Of a stretch of DNA of 64,000 nt, positions 35,380-64,000 are shown in pieces. Position 1 is the stretch's first letter; every line of letters begins with the position of its first letter. A model generated the notes under the pieces. That model searched no databases. It was not told the DNA's origin and worked only from the letters and a program-made list of their open reading frames with translations. A program made the position numbers and the translations under genes. The DNA is taken from NCBI GenBank assembly GCA_963693365.1, contig CAVNZM010000001.1, positions 8,634,907 to 8,698,906 on the forward strand, read 5' to 3'. Source of the stretch: Amoebidium appalachense. Lineage: Eukaryota > Protista > Ichthyosporea.

Positions 35380-36853
35380 GGGATCTCTGGTTTATGTTCC
35401 TGAATTATTCGAAGGTATCTCCCGTCGAGCAACGATGAGTCCACTTCACACCTCCCACCCATCCAACCACCAACAACCGCCGCCCCAAGATTTGTATCCC
35501 CCCGGACGACTTCGAAATTTCAGTTCAGCCCCTCCGCACACATGCATATGAGAGTGTGGCTACGATATTGCTGTTTATGTCGATTCGGAAGGCGATCATG
35601 AAAACGACATAGAACCGAACAGAAACTTTCAAATTTCAACCGCACTGATAGGGGGTGTCAAGCTCTTAGAAAAGCCTGCCAGCGAGCCGTTGCCCGGGTT
35701 GACATCAAGCGTTCCCCAGGGGGGTTTGTCGAATTTTCATGACTATTTGGGTATTCCTTTTACTGCACGGGGTATTGATTTCCGCAAGCTCATCACGGCA
35801 TGGATTGCTCGTGCGAAGGTTAAGCTTCACATCGTGTCAAATATGTTTCAACGGGAGTCTGTGATCCATCTATAAAACTTTTTTACGGCCGACTTTCGAA
35901 TATGGACTTCCGCTATTGGCCTGCGCCCCACCTCGCGAGGCGGCCGTGGCGCTGAAAGAGTTCGACGATTTTCAGGGTACTGCGCTGTGCACTTTGTTTC
36001 GTACTCGGTTTGTGCCTTCCTTAATCAGTATGTTTGGATTGTCGTCTGCTGTTTGTCGTATGGAGGAATTGTCTCTTCGTTTTTGTTTTCATTTAGTTAG
36101 GATACCTGATGGTCACCCTCTTTATGCTTTCTTTCCCCCCCTCCCTCCATCCCTCTTCCCCCCCGATTCACCAACGCTACTTCTGAATGTCCTCAGCCTA
36201 CCCTCTTTCAACCTGATTCTTCCTCTCGCTATCTCACTCCCTCTTTCTTTTCTCTTCCTGTTTTTTCTGCCTTTTCGCGTTATTACCATACGCAGTTTAA
36301 GTTTCTTTCTCGTTCTGATAGAGAAATGAAAGGTAAAACTCAGTCGGCATGTGTTATGTTCCTTAGGCAACACCGTACTGATCATTATCGCTTTTTGGGA
36401 GCTTTGGCAGGATACATTTCTCCTGCTGTACGTATGGATACCACCCTAGTAGATAAGTCTGTATGGTGCTCTGATGTTGATATTGCCTGGAAGTTGTGCA
36501 GTGGCGTTGTAATTTTTGTTTCCATCGCCGCTGGTGCCACTTTTGTGCTGAACTTTTTATTCGCAAGCATGTTAAAAGAGATAGGTGTGAAATTTTATGT
36601 CGCGTTTTACCTCTTTCCCCACGGGTGTCTGCTACACTGGCTGGCAATGTGACCACTTTAAACTTTTTGCTGAATTCTGTTGGTCGTCACATTGAGTATT
36701 TATATGGTTTTCACACAGTGTTCAGGTATCTCAGTATGCACTTGTTACTGGATAACTCGTGAAGTTTTTTTTATTTTTTATATTGTCTTCTCAGTATGCC
36801 GTGCATACTTGCATATCTTTCCGTCGAATAAATCCAGTCAAAAGAAAAAAAAA
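35380..36853 (+). mobile_element. Decayed, 5'-truncated non-LTR retrotransposon (RT C-terminal half, Cys/His region, poly-A)
   Basis: Frameshifted remnants in order: EGISRRATMSPL (degenerate GVPQGSxLSPL), DIAVY, DYLGIPF, YKTFLRPTFEYGL, GLSSAVCRMEELSLRF..HPLY, WRCNFCFHRRWCHFCAELFIRKHV. These are followed by AATAAA (~36827) and an A-rich tail at 36840-36853. Confidence 0.78.
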
Positions 36854-37021
36854 TTCATGAGACGGTGCCAAGAAATTCGGCCCCGTGGGAGCAGGGGCCA
36901 CTTCGAGGTGCTGTTTCCGAAGAGTCGTCGTGGCAGGGACGGTCGTGTCGAAATTTCGGAGATGGGGGTTTTTTCACCGCTCTCATGTAACACCAGGGGG
37001 GTCTGGGCCCCTGGGAGGTAA

Positions 37022-38060
37022 TTTTTTTTTTCTTTTGAGTCGGGTTTATTGATCCGTTGATGAAGGCAACGTGCAGCCACAGGCTACATAACCACCAATA
37101 GAACTGAAAAAGCCAAAGCTACGAATTAAAATTAAAACGACAAGTGACAAAGGACACCAGCGGGCAAAGGTACAAGTGTGCGTGTATGCGTGAAACTAGT
37201 TTGCTCCAACTAGTCATATGCATCGATGTTGACCAGACCACACTCCGCAAGAAGACATCATTACTGCTGCTTCCCAACAGGCCCCCCGCAAAACCTACCG
37301 AGGCACAGCAAGCAAGTCAGCCTCTAAAAGGGCAATGCAGATCTAGACCAAATCTGAGCTAAAGAAACAATCCCAACGGCCCCGGCCCCTAGATAACCCG
37401 CAGAAACTGCATCTAGCTCTCTGATCAGGTGGCCTAGTTGTGGCAGGACACACAGGAAAACACAAATACAGAATGCATGCAAGCAAACCCGGTCATTGCC
37501 ATACGACTGGAGGCTAAGAAATGGCAGTCACTGGGATCCGGAAAGCTCCCCGACGACCCAGTAGCCGCCCCTCCACTCACGCAGCGCAGAAGTAGCTGAA
37601 GAAGTTGCAGCATCCCACCGCCAATAGGTCGCGTAGAAGCGTAGACAGCGTGTAGAAGTTACAGTAGGTTGCAGTGGACCACCAGGTGTTGAAGAAACCA
37701 CCTCTCAAGCGAGAAACTCCGCGAAAGGGAGATGCCCCCACACTCTCACAGCAGTAGGAATACCCCAGACCACATCACACACACACTGCAGTCACGTTCC
37801 CCTGAGTGGGACTCCCTCCCCCCAGAGGTAATTTCCAGGTTGATGAGGTGTTGATGCCGGGGACGGGATTCAAGGTAGGCGGCAGCAACGAGAAACCGGT
37901 AGAAAAATACGGGAAAATGGATGTCGGGGGAGACTATGCAATGGGAGCCAACAATGTATATACGGCCATAAGGGTGGGGTGGTCTGATGATGGCAGTAGT
38001 GATAATGAGGTCCCATCGGATAACAATCAGTGACTCTGTGCAGGGTACGTATTTGAGTGG
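37022..38060 (-). mobile_element. Second decayed LINE-like 3' fragment, convergent with the first
   Basis: The minus strand gives LEITSGGRESHSGERDCSVC and, after a frameshift, ESVGH, resembling the pre-knuckle/CCHC segment of non-LTR ORF2. It ends AATAAACCCGACTCAAAAGAAAAAAAAA at 37022-37050. Confidence 0.5.
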
Positions 38061-38069
38061 TTTCAATGC

Positions 38070-38306
<237 letters not shown>

Positions 38307-38321
38307 GTTTTTATTTTTATT

Positions 38322-38363
<42 letters not shown>

Positions 38364-40918
38364 CTTATTTGCAAATGGCATGGAGTTTGGAATCTAGAAC
38401 GTCAGGATCGGGATTTTGCGTTGTATCGAGAATTCCTGCAAGTGTTGTATCGTGCACTCAAGTGTTGTATCGTGCACTCGAGCACATTTACAACATGTGT
38501 ACATAGAAGCTGTTTAGATTCTGGACGATTATGTTAGGTAAATTTTAAATCAAATGATCTGTTCTATTGTTTGTATGTTTCTATGGGAGCCGCAACTAGT
38601 TATTATGCAGAATATTAGAAAAGGCCGTTATCGTTGCGTTGACAATCGTTTCTTTAATACTGCATTCTGACACCGCAACTGATCTGTGACACTGTTCTCT
38701 AAAACATCTCTCTCATGCCTAATCTGCATAATACTGCTGTTTGCCTCCAATACCAATCTGTATGTATCACTTTTGTCTCGTACTATTTTAAGATGCTAAT
38801 CTGTATAAAATTCTCTAGTGCTGTTCTCTAGGATTAATATCGAATACAAATACTATTCCCTATGGGCTTCATACATGGTACTGACTCGTGATGGCCTTTT
38901 CGTAGCCGTTCAACCCACTTCAAAGTTTACAATGTTGTGTTAAAGTTTGATAAATGTACACAGTCGGTAGATTTGTCAGTATGTATATGTACATGACTTG
39001 TGGAGTTGCCATTTATAAAGCATGATTTCTGTACATAAACTCATGAGTAGTTGTAACACTTGCTAGCTCACCTTAAGGTGCACCTTGAAGTTTGCCGTGG
39101 CTGGCAGCTTGTAGCATACATGATTTAGAAGATAAAGCCGTTATAATATATGAACGGTTGTGTCACGTCATGGAATGTGGTTCAAGTTCGACCAGGAAAA
39201 GATGCATGTTTGGGGGCGCGGGGGGATGGTCTCCCCCCCCCCCCCCCCCCAACCTTCCCCAAACTTAGTCTAGTACTTTCCCCGGAATTCCTTTAAACAC
39301 CCACCTTCTCTCACCAACCGAATGCTCTGCAACCCCTTTTGGTTTACACGATCTACAATTTGGGAAACGGTTGGAGCACTACCCCTCGTGTGCATGTGTG
39401 GTTTACTGCGTTTTCCAGCACGGCCACACACTAGACGAGGGCGCTGCAGGCGCCCCTGAGCTACATACAGCATAATTACAGGATAATTATACCATGACCC
39501 TTTTGCCCACTCACTCGTCTACCACAACACCTATATGTGAGGCATCTTCAAGGCCCGGGCTCTCTCGCTTATCGGAATCCGCTAGCTTAGCTGGTTGCAT
39601 CTTTTAGCACTCCAACTAGGCCTAGGGTACATACAGTACTAGTCGGTGCTGTGTGGAAGACGGTCGTTCCGATAAGGGCCCGTTGTACCGGTATTAAAAA
39701 AAAAGAAAAACCTCTCATCGGAGTCCACACCAGTTGCCACACACATGATCGTCGACGCAGAGCGAGAAATCAATCCAGCTGGTATAAGCAACATGTCTGC
39801 CTTCAGTGAAGACTCGTGAGGAATTCCGTTTTCCTAGAGAAACAACCATAATGATTACACCTGGCCCCGGTCTATAATGCAAATGATATTAGAAACAGTT
39901 GCAATGGGGCCCTTCATACACATTTTATTTGCATTCTTTCATCAGGCTACCCTCCCCCCCCCCCCCCCCCCTCCGGCCCCAAGGGGGGCCACCAGAACGG
40001 AGTTCGCGGATGCAGTAATATATTTATTGGACTAAGTTACAGATACCGTCCGCCATTAAGAATCCGCTAGCGGCCAAGTGGAGTTTTAGGAAAATCGATT
40101 TTTTTTTTGTGGGGGGGGGGTCTTAATGTCGGACGGCAGGTTGTAGTGCACACAAGGCATCTGGGAAAATGAGCAACCATTACACTAAACTTGCAAAGCC
40201 ATCCATGGACATATCCGCTATTTTTGATCCTGAAAATTCTCTTCCGAACCTCAACTGCAGCTGGGAACCACATGGGATATGCCCTTGCTGCCAGGTTTAT
40301 TGGTTTGATAATGGGATTGAAAAAGTGGTTCGCTTTTTATAAAAGATAGATTATTAAATTTAAATTTGAATTAAATAAAAATAAATTTAATGTCATGATC
40401 AAATGGGGAAACTGATATCTGTGTGGCTGGCTTAGCCCAAATCGCAGAAAATATAAGATTAGAAGATAATTGAATGAAAACTAGAAAGTTAACTATTGAA
40501 AGGCAGAAAGATATCGTCCAAAAAAAACAAAAAAAAAAACAGAGGGGAAACATGGTGGTAGAATGATAGTAGGTGATAGAAAGAAGATAAAAGAATATTG
40601 TCAATGAATAGTTAGAGTTGAAGACAGAAGGCAGAATGATCGATGTTATGTATCATTCATATATGACGGTAGACGATAGGAAGATAGAACATAGAAATTT
40701 ATTACAAAGATAGAAGACCGGAAGTATTAGATAGAGAGGCAGAAGAGAGAAAGATGGAAGCAAATCGTCAAATGGGAAAAAGGAAAGAAAGAAAGATACA
40801 AAAAAAAGAGATGGGAACACACGCTTGCGACGGGCATGCATACGAAATGTTAATATAGTGCAAATATTCTGTAATGCGACCATGGGTTGTATTGCTATTG
40901 ATCCTAATCAATCATGTG

Positions 40919-41050
<132 letters not shown>

Positions 41051-41239
41051 GCGTGTGCGTGCGCGTGCGCGTATGTGTGCGTGTGCGTGTGTGCAGGTGT
41101 ATGTGTGTGTGTTTGTGTGTGTGTCTTTACGCGTGTGTGCGTGCGCGCACTAAGGAAAAGGGGTTGGCTGACCAACTCGGGGCCAAATTCTTATTATGTA
41201 TTTAGTAAGCAGAACATGTGTTAAAACGAAAAAAAATAT

Positions 41240-58016
<16,777 letters not shown>

Positions 58017-60066
58017 CTTGGTCGTGGGATTGCCGTGGAAGGGCAATGGTGTGTGTGTGTGCGAGAGTGTGGAAGAAGGGGGAGGTGAGGGGACAGAAGC
58101 AGCGGTACAACCTTACGCTAACGATAATTGCTGTCCCGTTTATCGTTCGTACTGCATTCTTTCCGTGTGTACAGCCGAAATAAAGACATCGCCTGCAATA
58201 GAGAGGTGTTCTTGCTGGCTGAACCTGGCGATTTGGGCGAAATGGATACTGAAAACACCACCGTGAAGTTTCTGGCAGTGCGTATTATTGTGGCTCCTGG
58301 TAAGGTGTAAACATGACCGATAAAAAAGCGTAAGCTCGGGCCTACACGAAACGCCGAGCAATATCTGGTTTCAGACTTGGGCTAGTAACTGTTGTTTATT
58401 CAAAGGATTGTTTGGCGTAGTGGTGGTTGAGGCAAGAAAAAAGAAAAGAATGTGCTATATGACCCTTGCCGAGCACTGCTTCGCTCAGTTATCTTTGGAT
58501 TTTCTGAACCAGACACTCGCTCGGTGATTGTATGCACGGCTTGACGTCTGTGATCGCTGTGTGTGTGTGATCGCGAAGCACGAACACACTACACTATTTT
58601 AAAGCCGAGGAACCAGACGTGGTTTTGGCGTAGAAGCAACCACGCTCGCGTCCTAAAAAACTATGAAAGGATCCTCAGGGTGAGACTGAAATCTGGCCTG
58701 AACAGCTACATGTATCCAAAAGGCCGTGTAAACAACTATGAAAGCCCTCTGCGATGATAATTCAAACGTCACCTATACGTACATCACACCGATATATTCA
58801 CGTGCGCGTTCATACGCCCTTTTCCTGCAAGTTGAAGCTAACTGCCACCTGCACGGGGTGTGGCACTGTCGACCTGCCACCGTGTGCCTCTCAGCTGAAG
58901 CTACAGCGAAGCCGGCTGACGTACTGACGGTATGTGCCGCTCACGTACAGTACGGACGCTCATGATCAGTGGCCGCAGTTGAAGGCGCCATTTTATCGCC
59001 ATGGAATGTTCTGTCTTCGGAAACTAACCTTTTTAAGAAGTTTGGAGGGTGTTGGAATGTGTTAACTTCCAATCAAAGCCCGCGACGAGATAGGCACCAG
59101 CATACCACGGCCTGGAGCCGCGAGCGGTTGCGGCCGCGGGCCGAAACAGCCATCCAAGAGGAAAAAGGGAAGAGAGGAAGGACTATCTTTTGAGCAGGCC
59201 TCAGCCTATTGTATGTGTGCATTGAGAGGACTAGCCGTGCACATGTGCAATAATATGCCAACAGTTTTTATTGCTGGAACATGGTGTGGCGCCACGGCCA
59301 TGGTAGTGCCAGTGGTGCATGCCCGAGACCCCCAGACTGTACATGTACACCCGGTCCCCCAACCACCCACCATTCGGAAGCCCCAGTTTGTGCTGCAGTG
59401 TCGTGGCTAGATGTAGTTATCCAACACACCGACCACTACTATCAGTGAAATCTTAATTTCCGATAAAACCCACACATCCCGTAACCGTAGACAGTTTCTT
59501 GAGAAAGTATTATAAAGACGGTTTTAGCTTTTGGCGTGTATCTTGTAAAGGCAAAAGTGGAGTTCGTGCGACTTTACGTTCTGTTTACTACCCCCACGAG
59601 CACACCGAAAATATCACTCCATACTCTACACCAGAAAGGTATAAATAACCAACCACACACACACACACACGTCACAGAACTTCCCTTGCAACAAGTATAT
59701 CCAGCTATAAAGCCCAAAGAATCTAGTTTTCTTGAGGTGCTTGCAGTTTACGGGTCGTAGCTGCTTGCCATGCTGTCCATCCTAAAACTGGGGGTGGTGA
59801 GGTTGTCAGTAGTTGCACTTATTTGAAAAGGTTTTATACAACACACTTATCTCGAGTGCCATTGCCAGCACACACAAAGCTGTAGAAATACGTCGATACC
59901 CTAACCTGGCCCACAAACACAAAGGTGTTCCAGATACACAGTGAAAATCCACCCCCCCCCCCCCCCCCGACGTGAGGATGGTAAACTTGATGCACAGTCA
60001 TCACACCTCCGCATTCCTTGTAAATGTATACGTGTGTGCATGTGTGTATGTTTTAAGAGAGAGAGA

Positions 60067-60113
<47 letters not shown>

Positions 60114-60126
60114 GGTTGCACATACT

Positions 60127-60333
60127 CTAAGAGACGGGGGCTGCGCCGCCCTCCTCGGGCCTAGCGCTGCCGCACTGCTTGCACGTGGCCTGGCGGGCAA
60201 AGTTGTGGAACCCGCAGCTGGGCTTGGGGCAGGCCCAGTCACCGGGCTTCCACCCGCTCTGTGCACCCGCACCGGCACTGAAGGAGGCGGGGGTGCCGTA
60301 GCCGTAGGCAGAGGTCAGGCCGTACCTGGAGGA

Positions 60334-60364
<31 letters not shown>

Positions 60365-60462
60365 ATTAAATAACGTACACGGGAGGTGCACAGGATACAT
60401 TCTACGTCTGAAACATGCAATATTACAAATCTGAGTCGTCCCCTTCCAACAACCCCTACCTA

Positions 60463-60493
<31 letters not shown>

Positions 60494-60736
60494 ATTACTC
60501 CCCCTTACATCTCAAGCTAACAGCCCAACGATAGATGATGAGGATTACCCACAGCAAACCAAGCATGTGATAGGGGTATGTGCCCTGCAAACAAAAAGTA
60601 AAAAACAACGCATGAGGAGGGGTATACGACGTACGGCACTTAACACTTTCAACCGTGAAGGGCAGTACACACATTGGAAACGAACAAAAGGAATCGAGGC
60701 CGGGGTTTTCTCTCTCTTTTTTTGTTTTAGGTGCCC

Positions 60737-60774
<38 letters not shown>

Positions 60775-63109
60775 TGAATGCGCCATAAACAACGAAGTAC
60801 ACAAGGACAATGGATAACACGAGGCAAAATGCAAACCATACATAAAGAGTATGCATAATAAGCAGAGCCCATCCTCAGGGGGGGCCCAAGTCATCCACAG
60901 TACCCGAGTTTCGAACTATTCACCTCGTTAACGAAACCCAACTCAGATACTGTTTCACTTGAACATGGGGGGGGGGGGGGGGGGTACTTACTGAGCCTGG
61001 GCATACTGAGCCTGGGCAGCAGCATAGGGTGCACTGTGGAGAAATCAAAGTCAGTGCTACGAACAATTCACAGATACCGCCTCAGGCGCAAGAGAATCAC
61101 AAACATACGAAACGCTAACACAACACCAGGTGGTAGGAAGTATCTCTGTTTGCATTCCTCGCCCCTTACAACCCCATATGCAGGTTGTTCAAACAGAAAT
61201 GAATCCCCCCAGAAAATTGGTTAACACCTCCCCCACCCCCCCAAAAGATGAATTAACTGTCCTTGCTTACAGTCTACACACCTCACGTAGCAGGATGGTT
61301 CTTTCATCTCACGCCACCCCACAAGCCAAAAAGCAAACCAGCCCACCACCACACCCACATATAATATATCCACTCCTGGAGCTAATCCTACAACTGAACA
61401 GCACTATGACCTGTACGGCCAAGTAGAGAATGGGACATACCCATATGCGGCAGATGCAGCATAGCCGGGGCCGTAGGCAAAGTTCTGGGGGGTGAACTGC
61501 TGGTCGGCATCGGCGGGCTTGGCCGCTTCACACTCGCGGCAGGTCTGGATAAAGAAAGAACCTTTGTTAGCCATGTTCTGCTCACGATTCTGCCCGGTAC
61601 CTTCCCCCAAGAACAAAAAGGAACCACGTTTTCTACTTCACCACCACCACAAGTGCCTAGGTTGGTCTATAATATTCGTCCAACGAACAGACGAACACGA
61701 TTGACGCATACTCAACGGATCAATCCAAGCACCAAAATACCCCATGCACCAGTGCCTATAACCCGAAGAAAGAAAACCACTCCTATTCTGAAACATAACA
61801 CCAAGCAGAAGTCAGTAATACACAAACACCCACCGAGCGGCTGGAGAAGTTGTGGGCGTTGCAAGCGTTGCACATCCAGTCACCAGGGCGGAATGCTGGG
61901 GGAAGAGGGCCACGGGCAGGTGGGCCACCCATGGCTGGGGCCATGGGCATACCGGGCATGGGGCCCTGGGGCATGGCCTGGGGAGGAGCAGGCACATTGC
62001 CGCTACCACAGCGCCGGCTGAAGAAAAAACATGCCATTTAGAATACGCGCCAAATAAAAGCCAGGAATTCGGGTACCCTCCCAAGACACAGTCATGCTAG
62101 GATCGAGTGTGCGGTTCCGTTGAGCCTAACCTTAAGTTTTTTGAAAAAGAAAGAAAAAAACTAGCACAAATAAACCCAAAAAAAAAAAAAAAAGCCCGAT
62201 GCTGGTCACTTAGTAGTGCATGCTCTATCAAACTCCCAAAACCCAACAGGAAATACCCCTACCAAAAAAAAACTCACCAGGTAGCGTTGCGGGCAAAGTT
62301 GTGGTTGGTGCAGGCAGGGCAGATCCAGTCACCAGCGCGGAAGTTGGGTGGGATAGCCACACCCTCGGCCGGCCTCATGGAACCACACTGTAAACATCAA
62401 GAATAGTGAATACATAGTTTCGAGGGGTGTAGGGATGTTATAATTGAGGGATAGAAGGGGCACCATATTCGTCAGTTACATGAACCCAGGTGTGTGTCAG
62501 GTGCGCAAACCTGCAAGAACATGATGGTGTACTTGACAATAATAACCGACTAAAGAGGAGTGGCTTCTACGATGAAGGCACTACATACACGCTGTCGTAG
62601 CTGTTTGAGAAACTACCCCCCAAAAGGGCCACAAAAAAACCCTTACACAAAAAAAAACTTCAGACAACTGATGCAGCTTGTTAGCACATGCATCGAAAGA
62701 GCTCTATCAATGTCAGCCAATTATGTAGTGTGTGCTGCTAATGATTAGGAACCTGAAACGGCTAAGTATGTAACGTGCAAGACCTTGTTTCTAACGCGCC
62801 GAACCCACTCATAGCAGCCCACTCTAAGCTTATACTCCGCAAAATTTTATAAAACCATGTGGGCTCAAAGGGTACTTCCACGATGCAGCACCACAAACCC
62901 GGATAATATAATAAATTTTGGCTTGCGTGTATGCAACCGCACCGCACAATAACATTGTTCAAGCATCCATCTGTCTTCTTCTCGTTCTCAAATCCTGCTT
63001 GCTTGACACTTACTCTCCGGCAAGCCGTCTGGCGAGCGAAGTTATGGTTCTGGCAGTTGGGCGTGGGGCAGATCCAGTCGCCAGGGCGGAAGTCAGCGTT
63101 GCTAGCCAT
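60127..63109 (-). CDS. RNA-binding protein with four RanBP2-type zinc fingers, 6 coding exons, ~244 aa
   Basis: Exons 63014-63109, 62278-62387, 61834-62017, 61441-61544, 60992-61033 and 60127-60325. Four GDWxCx(2-4)CxxxNFxRxxxCxxC motifs with P/G/A/Y-rich linkers; TAG stop at 60127-60129. Confidence 0.9.
60773..60966 (-). mobile_element. Copy of the poly-C-terminated element (subfamily A) inside a poly-C tract, intron 5 of the zinc-finger gene
   Basis: Minus strand reads (C)n-ATGTTCAAGTGAAACAGTATCTGAGTTGGGTTTCGTTAACGAGGTGAATAGTTCGAAACTCGGGTACTG...CCCCTGAGGATGGGCTCTG...CGCATTCAAA-(C)n. Its 5' part aligns with 17421-17451. Confidence 0.87.
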
Positions 63110-64000
63110 GTTTAAAAGTTGCTACTAGCTAAAAGCAAGAAAGTGAAAATGAAAAGCAAAACCCCCCAAAACACCCTTCCCGCTGTGCGTGTGTGTGTGT
63201 GTGCCTTCGTGCGTGTGTGTGTGGGCCGATTCGGCGCCTTTTTTTGCGAAGCACGTGTGACAGGCCAGCTGGCAAACAGCCAACTGACTCCGCATACGCA
63301 TGATTTGAAACGTGCAAATTGCTGCTTTAAAATTATTATGGTTTAAAGAGATATGAAAAAGCTGTTTATGTTGAGGCTGCAGCTAATCAGCACATTGCAT
63401 TATGATTGTGATGTGCCGTGTTGACATATCCATGCAATGATGCGACAGCAGCAAATTTGCGGGAAAAGCCAAAAACACACAAAAAGTTGTGTGCGTCCGT
63501 TGTGCCGTGTGTGTGCGTGTCACAGTGTAACTTAACTGGTACGGAATATAAAAGGAATGAGACCCTACAGAACGCAGGCCATGTTGCCGTGTATCACCTC
63601 ACTTCCTCCGTCCAATCATACCCTTGCTTCCTCTAGTCTCCCCCCCCCCCCCCCCCCCCCCCTCCCCCCTCCCCATACCCCTCCCGGTTGCCCGCCGCAC
63701 TCCCACCTTGAATCCTACGCTAGCAAAGCGGTTAATTTATGTATACCTTCTAGATTGGGTTACAGTTGAAGCCAAAATGGGCACAGGCCAAGGTGTTTTG
63801 GACTGCTCCTCCGGGCAAATAATACAGATGTCTTGTTTGTCCACATGTACTTCGAGCTATCAAGGGGGCCACAAAACACACAACACAAACCACAACCCTT
63901 GGCCCTAATAAATCTTGTGACAGCGCATTTCATCAAAACTGGAAAGTCAGCCAGCGTTTTTAGGGCGTGCAGAAAAGGAAAATCCTAGCCTTCCTAGAAG

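Noticed and set aside
60120-60129. Donor-like GTATGT 1 nt after the zinc-finger stop codon as an NMD switch
   Set aside because: A junction this close to the stop is not expected to trigger exon-junction-dependent NMD, and the acceptor is unverified.

Overview
Eukaryotic, intron-rich genomic DNA; the gene set suggests an opisthokont, possibly a unicellular holozoan (inference only). Introns are packed with poly-G/poly-C runs and (CA)n/(GA)n microsatellites, so nearly all entries in the ORF track are low-complexity artefacts. Five spliced genes were rebuilt by hand with GT-AG junctions and consistent phases: an Apollo/SNM1B-like beta-CASP nuclease (-, runs off the left edge), a ~1860-aa GRIP-domain golgin (+), a mitochondrial Obg GTPase MTG2/GTPBP5 (-), an FRRS1-like Reeler-EGF-mucin-DOMON-cytochrome b561 protein (-) and a 4x RanBP2 zinc-finger protein (-). 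Two decayed non-LTR retrotransposons lie tail-to-tail at 35.4-38.1 kb. The most interesting signal is a small non-coding mobile element family (5 copies at 4 loci, one a 1.5-mer of a 450-bp unit). Its copies end at poly-C tracts and carry the three hammerhead ribozyme core segments (GUU, CGAAAC, CUGANGA) with co-varying stems, but in a non-canonical, pseudoknot-requiring order. This is a candidate permuted-hammerhead retrozyme or Penelope-like derivative and is untested. There are also repeated partial exon 'echo' duplications next to microsatellites.
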